From the NCBI GenBank assembly GCA_010015805.1, contig ML978138.1, forward strand, positions 62,001-126,000: DNA of 64,000 nt, in the 5' to 3' direction. Source of the stretch: Rhizodiscina lignyota. Taxonomy: Eukaryota. The position numbers and the translations under genes are program-made. Below, piece after piece: positions 11,728 to 23,034 of this stretch; the stretch's first letter is position 1, and each line of letters opens with the position of its first letter. The notes below the pieces were generated by a model, which had not been told where the DNA came from, searched no databases, and saw only the letters and a list, made by a program, of their open reading frames with translations.

Positions 11728-13151
11728 ATGGAAGAAGTTTACTCTATGCTTGGTTACGGCACACCCTTTACAACCCGTGGTGGGTCCCAGGAATCTACGA
11801 GCGGGTCTGGGACATCACTCAACTTCACCTCTTCGAATGAGAAAGCCGTGGAGACCCAGCGGGCAGGCAGGGCCTCGAATAAACGGGACAAGAGCAATGC
11901 TAGCAACCGCAGTGACGGTCCGAGTAAGCGCGGCACTGTGCCAGGCCACTATGATCTTGCAGAGCGTCGCCTAGCTTGTCCTTACTTCCAGAGAAACCCT
12001 TCGCGCTATATGAGTCGAAGATCATGTCCTGGTCCAGGCTGGAAATCTGTCCATAGGGTTAAGTAAGTCTTGTATGGACTATCCTCCAGAGCGATTTCTA
12101 ACAGCAGAACCAGGGAACATCTTTATCGTAAGCACATGCAGGTACTCCAGTGTCTGCGGTGTTGGGAGGTTATGTGGGATGACGCAGGGTTATATGACCA
12201 TTTGAGAGCAGCACAGACTTGCGTGAAGAGGGATAATGGAGAAGAGGAGGGCGGCAGTAGGGAGCAGAAAGACTCCTTAAAGCCCGTAAACGAAAGGCGC
12301 CGCACCAGTCGGAAGAAGAAGATTGGAGGGCGATGTACCGCATACTCTTCCCAGATGATCTGGAATCGTCTATGCCGTCCCCGCGTAAGTTCACCAATTC
12401 TAAATCCTCTCGCCGCTACTGAATGAAACTATTCGCAGACTATGAATACGATGAAAAGATGAAAACTGACGGCCCGATCAAAGAGTTGGTACAGTGTGAG
12501 GTATTTCTCCAACGAGAAGTTCCGCGCCTCGTAAGGCGACGTCTTGAAGGTATAGTAAATGCCAACGAAGTTATCCGACTTGTGGAGATTGTTCGCGATT
12601 GCCAAGCTGAGGCATTTTGTGACTTTCGCCTGGGAAATAAGCCCCAGCCTGAGCACGCGGAAATGGTGCAAGATGCCATCGAGGACTTTTCTGCGAACCC
12701 AACCACAAAGGGCCTGGCGGCTGTGGAAGGAAACGATCAACCGCCACCCGAAGATCTGTTAGCGCAGTGCTTTATCGATCTAGCTCCCGTGACTAAGGAT
12801 AACCTCTTGAGGGAGGAGAACTCCGAGAGGCAAGAGACATTCGTGAGAGAAAGGAATGACATGAGAAATGAGAACTCCCGGAGAGCTGAAGATTTCACGA
12901 GAAATGAGGATTTCTGGGGGCTTGGTCAAGATGTTACTGATCCTTGGCATCTGCAACAAGCACATGCACAGCAGAAACCAGGAGACATGTTCCCTGGTAT
13001 CTCCGAACTGTCGCCTGCTATCTTTCCCGGGGCGGAACTCACAGGTATTGAAGTTGACTTTATGGGCGCTGCTTTTGATGGTTCTGTCTTTGACTGTGGT
13101 CTCGTTGACACCTCATTCGTTGACGATATCGCACAGCCGATTCCAAAATAG
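11728..13151 (+). pseudogene. C2H2-like zinc-finger domain protein, probably frameshifted and possibly 5'-truncated; introns 12063-12113 and 12385-12438
   Basis: LACPYFQRNP..SCPGPGW..VHRVK/EHLYRKH..CLRC..DHLR is a common fungal motif. The expected continuation SEEEDWRAMYRILFPDD..PSP lies in another frame after about 12283, and only that frame splices in phase into ORF 12423-13151. Confidence 0.7.
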
Positions 13152-13682
13152 CCATCTCGAAGGGCGCCGGGCGGTGTGCGATACGCTCGGAGAGGTCAGA
13201 GGAGACATTTCTGACTTGGTTTAATACCTAGTCTTCGAAGGAGTTTGCGGTATTGCTTTATGTCAGAGGGTCTTAGAGCGCCTTTGTCGTATATGTAGAT
13301 CACCGCTCCCTACATAGAGATTCCTTCAATCAACTCTCTTAAAAATCGGTTTTGCCACTTTCTCAGGATAGTGTGTGGAATGGAAGACTCGAAAAGTTAG
13401 GCCAAAAACATCATAATCTGCCTTTTGAAGCGTTACATCGCCTGCCTGCTCCGTGATTTGAACTTCTGGCATGATATCAAATTAGTACTTCTTTACCACT
13501 AGGATACAGCGTCCGCTGCAAATCCAGCACCTTTTGTCCAGTGCCACTAATATCAGAGCAGAGGCCAAATACGGGCCATTCATTCCTCTCATACAAAAGA
13601 TACAGCTAAGAGGCCAAATCGAATAGTGGGTACGGAGGTTCGAAAGAGCGTCCCAATGCCACAATATGTCAGCCACACAACG

Positions 13683-13988
13683 TCAACCCTCTCTCCCAAG
13701 CCTCTTCCTAAGTTTAGCCTCTTCCAACGCTCTACTCTGTTCATCATCCCTCGCGATACCGTCTGCCGTGGCTCCTGGTGCAGGAGTTCCTTCCACCTTC
13801 TTCCCCTTGATTTGTTCCGCTAGAGCTTCTGTGATCGTCCCCTCTTTCACTTTCTCCTCTTGCCCGTGCCGTCGCCTCGACTCATTCCGCCAGTCTATCT
13901 GCCCGCCATCTGCTTCACGGTGTCGTTGCGCGTTGAGTTTTGCCGCGCGAATGGAGGTGCGGGCGTAGACGAAAAGGAGGCCGGCCAT
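13683..13988 (-). CDS. Small hypothetical protein with hydrophobic N-terminus (5' end may extend upstream)
   Basis: 101-aa ORF MAGLLFVYARTSIRAAKLNAQRHREADGGQIDW, resembling small fungal single-TM proteins. The in-frame upstream TLTAPLAAIV follows an AACAG acceptor-like site. Confidence 0.65.
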   Translation of the reverse strand: MAGLLFVYARTSIRAAKLNAQRHREADGGQIDWRNESRRRHGQEEKVKEGTITEALAEQIKGKKVEGTPAPGATADGIARDDEQSRALEEAKLRKRLGREG

Positions 13989-14800
13989 GACGATGGCGGC
14001 TAGGGGTGCGGTGAGTGTCTGTTTACAAATGTAGTATTAGCATAATTATATTTACACTGCGGCTTCAATGTGGCCGAAATATTCAATGGTGGCAGATGAG
14101 TGGTTTCTGTGAGAATAGCATCGGAGAACCTACGCGTCCATTTATTGGAGAGCGATGCGGCGGACGCGTTGGCCGCGACAATTCATTGGTGCCGTCTGGA
14201 CCCCGAGGCACTGATAAACGTCCTCCCATGCTCGATTGGAGAAGGAAGGAAGGGCATCTGGCGAAATAAGTCACTCTGCGGAGACTTCATGCGCGATATA
14301 AGTACAGATAGTGATGTCACGGAGGAGGGCTAGTGCGACACGGTGGTTATAATGTCACGCCACTACACCAGCCTTGTTGGACTTGTATTCTTTGGGGGGA
14401 ACTTCGAGATTGCTTCTCTTCTAATTGAACGCGTATACTACAGGTCGAGCAGAAGAAATACCTCCCTAAACTCGGCGAAATTATGATACTTGTTGCTTCG
14501 ATAGACTCAAGTACATATCAACCGTCGACTATATTTAATCGGCGCGATCTCGACGTTTTAAGATACTACCAGGAAACGTCCTCATGTTGAATTCCAAAGT
14601 CTCGAGGGTGGTAAAATGGTTAGATTCCATGAAGTTTGAGCAGATACGACATAATCAAATTCAGGTACTCTTCCACGCAAGCGAGGGCATCTCTGGATAT
14701 TAAACATTAGTGCGCGACTAAAAAACTCGTACTCTGTATTGACTCGCAGAACATTGTAAGAGGTCGATGTATTGATTGAATTGTATGGGTATCAAATCTA

Positions 14801-15790
14801 CTATGCCTTTCGGCGCTCCCTCATATCGCTCCACATTCTGTCAATGATCTGAAAGACCAGGGTGACCGACTTCATTGTATCCGCATCAATATCCGTCCCG
14901 CCGAAGCGTTGCTGGATCTTGTCTGGATGCCATCTCACACGTTCCGTCTTGAGAAGTGTGTACAGATCCACATCACCTGGCGCATGAGAGAAAAAGTCTT
15001 CCGTCTCGTCTTTCGACACGTCTCTCCACCTCCCAGTCATCACAGGCCACGGAATCGCCCTGCGCACTGCCTTCACTGTGTCATTCCCACCATCACAAGC
15101 CAAAGAGAAAGTCTTAAGCACTTCCCAGCCGTGGACGTACTTCTCCCATGCCTCTCGCCATCTCTGCCCATTCCTTCTCTCCCCGCCCTTCCGCAGACTC
15201 TCCTCAATCTTTGCCTGCCATCTTTCCTTCTCTTTTTCCATACCCTCACGCTCCCTGTCCATCTTTGCCCGCTCCTCCTTCTGCCTCTTCTTCGCCTCCT
15301 CTCGCCGCTCTCGCTCCTCGATGATGTACTGATGCGTCTTCTCATACATCTTCGCGCGTACATATGCTGCATACTCTTCGTCGGTCATCTGCTCAAGCTC
15401 CCCAGTTGGGCCTCCTATTTCTGGCCGCGCATAGGTATGGATGGGTTGGCCATACACACCTTCCCAGTATTCGGCACCTTCGTCATCGGCAAGCGCGTCG
15501 AAGAGCGACTCGCGGAAGGCTTGCTCGGGATCGAGGTATTGTGAGGAGCGGGAGTTGGGGAGGTATGCATCGTCGTAGAGAGAGGGGTCATCGCGTACGG
15601 GAGAGCGAGAGCGGTGACGCCGTCGGGAATGATGGTGGTGATGTCTCGAAGATGAATGCCCATCTTCGCTTCGTCGCCGCTTTCGGGAGTGTGAATCGTC
15701 GTCTTCGTCATCGTGCTTTCGGCGCTTTGATTTGAGACGGAATTTTGTGGCGCGTGCAGATGCGTAGTCACCAGCTGCTTCCGATGCCAT
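14801..15790 (-). CDS. Fungal NFKBIL1-like protein (basic N-terminus, coiled coil, IPWP and RWHPDK motifs)
   Basis: AFRESLFDALADDEGA, MTDEEYAAYVR, IPWPV and LKTERVRWHPDK. Likely start MASEAAG at 15790. Confidence 0.85.
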   Translation of the reverse strand: MASEAAGDYASARATKFRLKSKRRKHDDEDDDSHSRKRRRSEDGHSSSRHHHHHSRRRHRSRSPVRDDPSLYDDAYLPNSRSSQYLDPEQAFRESLFDALADDEGAEYWEGVYGQPIHTYARPEIGGPTGELEQMTDEEYAAYVRAKMYEKTHQYIIEERERREEAKKRQKEERAKMDREREGMEKEKERWQAKIEESLRKGGERRNGQRWREAWEKYVHGWEVLKTFSLACDGGNDTVKAVRRAIPWPVMTGRWRDVSKDETEDFFSHAPGDVDLYTLLKTERVRWHPDKIQQRFGGTDIDADTMKSVTLVFQIIDRMWSDMRERRKA

Positions 15791-16146
15791 CGCGCTGAGT
15801 GCGCTCGCAAGGGAGTGGGATGCTTTGTTGAATGTGGAGGAGAGAAGGAGTCCTGGTGTGTTTTGGGTGTTATCGATAGCGTGTGTTGGAGCGTCAAAAC
15901 GCGGCTGAAGCCCACCGTAGAACATATCGTACGGAGAAACATAAATTATCAAGTGACACATCGCCCCCGTCATTCCGTATCAATCCTCTCTCAGGCAGCT
16001 GCCACATTTCGTGTTCTCAAAATATCAATTTCTGGACTTTCATTGGGTTCTAAAAAAGTATACTTAATGTTACTCTTTCACACAATCTCAGGAACATCAG
16101 AAGAGTGCGATGTCAGATGATACGTAACCATAGCGACGTCGTCTGA

Positions 16147-18483
16147 ATGTCCACCACTCTGTTCGTGCTCGGCAATAATGTCTTCCAGTGGGCGAGGCAA
16201 ACTTTCCAGAGGGCTCCTTCGGATGTCACAAACGTGACATCTTGGAGATCCTACTTGATCCGATTCTTTGCCCTATGGATATTCTTCAACCTCTTCAGAA
16301 TACATGTAGCGGACTTCTGGTATAGCATCAATTTCCGGGAGCCGTGGACGAGTGCCGACTATCCTCCATTATGCTCCGATAGCAGTGTGAAATTACTGCC
16401 TTGGATGGCGTCTGCATATCCAGCATTAAAGAGTCCGGATAGTAATATCAGACTACTTCGTATCCACCCTTCTCATCCACTACGGGGCATCGAAACATCT
16501 CTCGAGTGCGCATCGTTCCTCGAACGTCCCCAGTATCGTGCTCTATCGTATACGTGGGGAGACTCTAAGAGGACGAAGCCAATCACGGTGAATGGTAAGA
16601 AGATGCTTATCACCGAAAATCTTTGGAAGGCTCTTTTCCATATCAGAGACCGGCAGCAAGCTCAAACACTTTGGGTAGACGCGATCTGTATTGATCAGAG
16701 CAATGATGAAGAGAAGAGCGTCCAGGTGCCCTTGATGTCCTTCATCTATTCGAGAGCAAAAGAGGTTCTTGTTTGGCTGGGAGATCACAAGACTCCCCGA
16801 TGGGTCGAGCAGGGGAGTGGCTCCCAATGGCATGGTGACTGGGCCATCAGCAAAGCCACAGACAACTGGCGAGCCACGAAGTACTGGCTATATCTGTTGG
16901 CGCAGGAGGAGTACTGGAAACGTTGCTGGGTTGTGCGAGAAATTGCAATGGCTTCAACAATTCGAGTGCACTCTGGCTATTCCACATTACCGTGGGCCCA
17001 GCTTGTTAAGCTCATGAGACTTTACAAGTCGAAAGTTCCATTGGATAGCATCGCCATTGACAAGATCCTCAAATTGGAAGCACTGAGAGAAGCCAAATAC
17101 ATTGACGGTGATGCCTACTCCTTGGGTCGTCTCCTGGAAGAGTTCAGTGACTGCTTCTGTTCAGTCACGCTCGATAAAATCTTCGCCTTCGTTGGCATGG
17201 CAAGCGATTGTCTTGAAGGCTGCATTCCAGTAAACTACTCAATGTCGCCATTAGCCGTCTACCAGGAGCTGATATTCTTCTGGAACTCACGCTGTCTTCG
17301 AACAGATGATGAAGCATCTGGCACAGTCCGTTTTGCAGGTCTTGTTCGCTCAATTATCTCTCGGCGATCAGTGTCTGTGCCACGGCTCTTATCTGTACCA
17401 GGCGTTGGAGAAAGCGCAGATTCATTTCTCTACTTCCTCTGCGGTGAAGATAGGGCAGAGCTCTGTGATTTGATCCCAAAGCTTCGGTCTCTCCTTTCTT
17501 ATGTAGATATTGTGAACAGTGTTTCCAATCGTCTCCTCTCGTACATATCTACGAGACAAGCGGACAGACAGTCATTGTGGCTTCCGTCGGCACCGGAAGA
17601 TGTGCGAATGTGGACTGCAAGAACTCCCGCCAATTTCGACGCCAACCGAACGCCTATTTTCATTCGAGGCGCTGTTGCGGGGCTCGTCTGTGAGCTTGGT
17701 CCGATGTATCGAGAGTTCATGGAGAGGCCTGACGTACCAAGGCGGTGGGCAGCACGGGTCGGCACTCTCTGGGGCCTTGCATGCAACGAGACCAGCATGA
17801 GGAGCGCTAAATCGATCAATGAAAGACTTGCAATGCTGCTTGGTGCCGCGGCAGACTACAGGATGAGGAACTTCGTGTCGCTCGATAGTGACACTCCTTA
17901 CTCATTTTACTCGTCACGGCTTTTTATCGCTTTCGGTCCTCGAAGAGAAGTCATTATGGGCTTGGCCCCGTGGGAGACATTACGAGGGGATTTGCTTATT
18001 CAGTTCTGGAATACGGACGCAGCTCTGGTTGCTCGGAATCGAGGACAAGACGACGACACGCTACTTGTGGGACGAGCTGGCATTGTCAAAGATGGAGAAG
18101 TCACCAACTGGGACGTTCCAACTGATGAGAGCGCGTTTACAGCATCATCGGATCTGGCTTTTAACCAACTCGTCACTTTATCTATGCTCACTCGGCTGTC
18201 CTTCGACACCGTTTGTCTGTCAGGAACGAACCTGCAGTATGAGGATACCTGGGAACTACCGAAGCAGACCTGGACTTCGCACGACTTTGAAATGAAAGAT
18301 GTAGAGCTCTTCGCTGATGGCAGAAACTATAGCAATGATTGGGATTCGCAGCGGATGTCCGATCTTGAGGAGGTGGAACCTGGGGATCTCGAGCACTCTT
18401 GTCTCACGACACCTTGTCGCCGATACGTTTCTGAGACGATAGGAGGCTCGCCGGCGCTTGTGGAACTCGAAGATGTGAGATAA
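16147..18483 (+). CDS. HET-domain (heterokaryon incompatibility) protein, 778 aa
   Basis: IRLL, YRALSYTWG, LWVDAICIDQ, EKSVQVPLMSFIYSRA, YWKRCW and DKIFA motifs. Confidence 0.93.
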   Translation: MSTTLFVLGNNVFQWARQTFQRAPSDVTNVTSWRSYLIRFFALWIFFNLFRIHVADFWYSINFREPWTSADYPPLCSDSSVKLLPWMASAYPALKSPDSNIRLLRIHPSHPLRGIETSLECASFLERPQYRALSYTWGDSKRTKPITVNGKKMLITENLWKALFHIRDRQQAQTLWVDAICIDQSNDEEKSVQVPLMSFIYSRAKEVLVWLGDHKTPRWVEQGSGSQWHGDWAISKATDNWRATKYWLYLLAQEEYWKRCWVVREIAMASTIRVHSGYSTLPWAQLVKLMRLYKSKVPLDSIAIDKILKLEALREAKYIDGDAYSLGRLLEEFSDCFCSVTLDKIFAFVGMASDCLEGCIPVNYSMSPLAVYQELIFFWNSRCLRTDDEASGTVRFAGLVRSIISRRSVSVPRLLSVPGVGESADSFLYFLCGEDRAELCDLIPKLRSLLSYVDIVNSVSNRLLSYISTRQADRQSLWLPSAPEDVRMWTARTPANFDANRTPIFIRGAVAGLVCELGPMYREFMERPDVPRRWAARVGTLWGLACNETSMRSAKSINERLAMLLGAAADYRMRNFVSLDSDTPYSFYSSRLFIAFGPRREVIMGLAPWETLRGDLLIQFWNTDAALVARNRGQDDDTLLVGRAGIVKDGEVTNWDVPTDESAFTASSDLAFNQLVTLSMLTRLSFDTVCLSGTNLQYEDTWELPKQTWTSHDFEMKDVELFADGRNYSNDWDSQRMSDLEEVEPGDLEHSCLTTPCRRYVSETIGGSPALVELEDVR

Positions 18484-18814
18484 CTGGATAGAGATTCTTG
18501 TACATGATCCTGCTTGCGACCATCCATCACGTACGGCCCCAGGCACAGTGTATTGCACACGTCAGTGTCAATGGACTTTCAAATACATATTGTGGAGAGC
18601 CTTTTTGGAACATAACTGGTGATGTTTACATTTGCTTTCACAATAGCGCTCCTGCCGCAACACATATCCACCATCTCTACCAAACTCTAATTGAGAAACT
18701 CTGCAATTTACTCTTTTCTCCTCCCCCCAACGTCTTCTTGAGGCTCGTCGCTTACCTCAATGACCACGATCCTTGAACAGGCGACTGTACCCTCTACGTC
18801 GCGAAGTCGAATTC

Positions 18815-19660
18815 CTATTGACCTGGCGTCGTGGAAGACGTGACGAAAGTTTCGATAAATATGGCTGCGGCGCCGTTTGTAGCCGAAGTGAGTAGCGACT
18901 GCGCACCCGCAAATTCCTGATTCGAACTGATCGCCGTGGTAAGCGCGGTGAGCACCGTCTTCCAGTCTGCCGCGCCAAAATCTCTCTGGAATCCAAGTTG
19001 GTTGATGCCCCCGTCGACTATCACGTTCAAGGAGTTGACCGAGTCGATAGCGACTGTGAACGGAGAGAACGAAGGCCCGTTCTGAAGCTTGGTCGCGATA
19101 TCCGACGCGATGGTACCAACGGCGTCGGCGATACTTGCCGTGTCTATCAGGGCGACGGCGCCGTTGAAGGCGTTGCTGAACGTCTGGGCTGCGCCGATTA
19201 CGAACGAGCTCCCCGCTGCTGTCGTAATGGTGTCGCGACGGTCAAGCCGTCTGGGAACGACGGATCGGTTCTTCATGGAGAACTCGGCGCACGCAGCATC
19301 ATTCTCGACTTCCGCCTGCAGGGCAGTTGTGAGTGCATTTGTCACGCATGAAGCGGCCAAATTGAAGTCCATGGCGACCGAAGTGGCCATACTAAGAAGT
19401 CGATTGCTGTCGTCTGTCTGGCAGTTCAAACTCCCCGCCATATCGGAGCAGGCGTTAGGTAGGTCGCCGTTACTGTGTCCGCAAATGGTACTTAGGGACT
19501 GGCTTTGGACGTTGTCGAAAAACAATTCGATGTTGTTATGGGAGCCATCGTTTGCGAATCCAGTGCAGGCGACGAGCCGCGCGCCCTGTGCCACTGTCGA
19601 AGCGCTCCAAAGCGCGAACACGAGGCAGAACGAAGACTTGATATTCTATGTAAGTGCCAT
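18815..19660 (-). pseudogene. Secreted Cys-containing protein with an in-frame TAG at codon 5
   Basis: ATG at 19660 gives MALT*NIKSSFCLVFALWSASTVAQGA, in frame with the 268-aa ORF. The region is signal-peptide-like, with 6 Cys in the N-terminal half and RR sites. Confidence 0.6.
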
Positions 19661-20737
19661 TGAAGTTTGTCTCGTCAAGATTTTGTGTAGATAGGAGACA
19701 AGAAATTGAGAATTGCGGTTGAGTCCATACAGCAGAACGTGTGAGAGAGTAGAAACGTGCCTGAAAACGCTGTAATGGTTATCAATAAGAGTTGCAACTG
19801 AAAATTCCACGAAGCTTTATACCCTTCACTCTCCTTCCTACGAAGCGGAAACGATAGCGGCCGCCGAACTAAAGATAGAGGACAGATAATAGTATAGTTG
19901 GTACGACTGTGTGAACGACGCCGAGAGCTCTCGTTGCTGGTTCAAAACGCGCCGTGTGGAAATTGCGTATTAGCAGCCGCGTGTATCATGCTGCACCTCT
20001 ATTATGAATATTCTAAGAAATAGTTACATGTCGAGAGGTTGCGCGGAGTTCATGGGCGCAGGCGGCCGCAACTTTCTTTGTAAGTGGGTGGTGTCGTGTA
20101 CTCGGCGGATTCGACGTTCTATCAAAAACGATCTTGATTCGGTCAGCTTGATTACGAGCTAGAAGAAATGTTGATACAGAGACATACTTTGCGGGGTCTA
20201 TCCACTTGCTTCATCGCAACTGTGCTGTCCTGTCGTTCAGAGTCAAACCCACCAAGTACTTCATGTTAAGATGCTCACCAAGAACGTCAGCCGTGCATCA
20301 CCACGATCTACAATCTTCGTCTACTGCTTGAAGATGTTCCCTTTTAGACCGCCTCGATTGGCATCGTCCGACGAGGTTGAAACATTGGAAGATTTCGAAC
20401 TTCGTCGGGAAATCGGAAGCGGCGAGATTGGCACCCAGTAACCCTCGCATCATCGCCATTAAATATGGTAAAAGCTACTTTTACTCCCTTTGCGGCATTA
20501 TCCTTATTAATATGTTGACTATTTGCCTCGAATTGCGTTACTTTGACATGTATAGTAGTAGTAGGGCAGCGAGGGAGGTTATAAAATCAAATACATGTCA
20601 AGTAGTTATCTGGTAATAGCTTACGTAAGTTCTGTGAAAGCGACCTTGACTTTCACCTCACCCCAACATTAGCACCTTTCGATCACTCCCCGAGCTTTGT
20701 TCACCCCACAATACCTCCTCATTTCTTATTCGACACA

Positions 20738-21715
20738 ATGGAGCCTCCACGCAAGAAATTCAGACCTGAACAACCCTCGTTCACCTCCTCTCTCGGAAGC
20801 GGCAAAGACTTCCGCAAGCACAAGAAAGACGAGCCGCCCATCGATGAATCCATCTACGACTACGATTCCTTCTTCGACGCCAAGCAAGCCCGCGAGAACG
20901 AACCCAAGAAGAAGAAAGACAATGGCAAGCCAAAGTACATGGCCGACATACTCGCGGCCAACGAGGTGCGCAAGAAAGATCAACTGCGCGCACGCGACAA
21001 GCTCTTGCAGCGCCAGCGCGAGGAGGAAGGCGACCAGTTCATGGACAAGGAGAAGTTCGTGACGGAAGCATACAAGAAGCAGCAGGAGGAGGTGAGGCAG
21101 GCCGAGGAGGAGGAGCGGAGGAAGGAGGAGGCGGAAGCGGCGAAGAAGCAGAAGGGCGAGGTCGGCATGAGGAGCTTCTACAAGGATCTGCTCGGTCGAG
21201 ACGAGGAGAAGCATCGTGCTATTGTAGAGGCGACCGCGGATATCAAGGACAAGAGGAAGCAGCCCGACGAAGAGCAAGAAACGGTCAAGTCCGAAGCGGA
21301 CATTGCGCGGGAGCTGAACAAAAAAGGTGCAAGCATCTACATCAATGATGATGGCCAAGTGTCAGACAAACGTGAGTTGCTTGGTGCAGGCCTGAATGTC
21401 ATGGCGAAACCAAACGCGGCTGCTCCCGCTGCTGCTGCTGTCCAGGCACGAAGTCTTGCTCGTCCGCAAGCGGCGCACGGACGTGGTTCCAGCGATAGAG
21501 AAAGGCGAATGCGCCAGACTCGCATGGTGGAGGCACAGCTCGAAGAGATGCAACGTAAGGCTGCGGAGGCGGAAGAGACAGGGCAGAAGAAGGCAGAGCA
21601 AGAAGCGCAGAGCAAGAAGACGAAGGAGGAGATCAAATCGGCGAGGGAGAGATATCTACAGAGGAAGAAGGAAGCTGCTGCTCAGAAAGAGGCTGCTGCT
21701 CAAAAGGAAGGCTGA
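20738..21715 (+). CDS. NSRP1: Nuclear speckle splicing regulatory protein 1-like (CCDC55 family) coiled-coil protein
   Basis: SIYDYDSF, KPKYM, REEEGDQFMDKEKFVTEAYKKQ and SARERYLQRK motifs. Confidence 0.88.
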   Translation: MEPPRKKFRPEQPSFTSSLGSGKDFRKHKKDEPPIDESIYDYDSFFDAKQARENEPKKKKDNGKPKYMADILAANEVRKKDQLRARDKLLQRQREEEGDQFMDKEKFVTEAYKKQQEEVRQAEEEERRKEEAEAAKKQKGEVGMRSFYKDLLGRDEEKHRAIVEATADIKDKRKQPDEEQETVKSEADIARELNKKGASIYINDDGQVSDKRELLGAGLNVMAKPNAAAPAAAAVQARSLARPQAAHGRGSSDRERRMRQTRMVEAQLEEMQRKAAEAEETGQKKAEQEAQSKKTKEEIKSARERYLQRKKEAAAQKEAAAQKEG

Positions 21716-23034
21716 AAACCTGGCCAGGAGTATGGCGATCTGCTTTGCGAAGGCGCTAGGTTCCAGGGAGCGAACAGTCTGCGGAGCCACGCAATCAAAG
21801 TTGCCCCGGCACTTCTAACAAGCCTACTTGTGTCGGTGAAGTTACATTCGAGCTTATTACGGAGTAGCTCGCTTACCCAGCCTGCCTTAGAAGGGTTCCT
21901 TTTCGATACCACGGAATGGGGATTTTGTTGCAGGTCTCATTCACTCGCCGGAAACTAGCTCCTTGTAGAATAGTGGGGCTTGTTGTGGGAGAATTTGATA
22001 CCCAATGGCAATTTGGAATTATGGGTTCATGATCACAAGACTCTCTCAGGAAGGAAAGCTGTCTACATGGCACGAATCAGCTGCGGGTTAGCAGGTCGGA
22101 TACGCAATACCACTTCAAAATGGACGGTGCACGGTCTTAGGGCTGTCCTCATGTTTCTCTTCAACTTTCTGTGAACAGGCCTTCTACGAACATGGGCTCA
22201 GATCAGGGATGACGCTGTGTCTTGCACATGATGCAGACGTATCAATTCGAGCCCAAGAGTGATGGAGCTGCCACAGTCGCGCTCCGCAGAACCTTTGCTT
22301 CATTGCGTATCACCATCAACGTCACAATTGGTGGTTAGCATAAGAGGGTTATGACATGCTTTGATTCCTTTGATGCTCAATATATCTCTTAAACTCCGTC
22401 AATCATTTATTTCATCGTGACTTGTGAGAGTGTGCCCGTGGACATCTGCTATAGCCGCCTTCTCTATAGCTTCAGCTCTTCACTTGGGTGCCCACAAGAT
22501 AAGCTCTGTCTCTCACAAGTAATTAAGAAACTTATCGCATGGTATCGCCAATTCAGAGCAGTTTTGCTTCTACTTGAAAGTCTTGAACCGTTGCTCAATA
22601 ACGCATGTAAACAAACGAGAAGTCTCCTCGAGGCCAAGTATACACCTAGAAGCCAGAGCTCCGTACTAGTAACTATTCCTAGCCCATCAGCTGCCTTCAT
22701 TGGTGGGTGTAGTTGGCTCGTTCGCGTGGACGCAGTTTGTATTTAAAAGTGCTCATTTCCCTCAAATTCCGTTCCGCAGGATTTGTTGCTGGTTGAAGGA
22801 ACCCCTCGAGAGAGATATATATATCCACCTCGGGGTGAAGCAATGGTCACACATCTTTATTATCATAAACCCCTGCTAGTGAGTGAGAAGCATATTGTCC
22901 CTAATTGGAGAATGTTCAAATTATTTATAATCGGAAAAAATGCAAACTGTCGGGGTATCTAAAACAAATGAAAAGCCCAAAGAATGACCTCGCAATGCTA
23001 TCTATATATGCACAAACTTAAATAAACCTGCTCA

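Noticed and set aside
21800..22760. Short ORFs between NSRP1 and the coiled-coil gene
   Set aside because: No recognisable motif or consistent exon structure.
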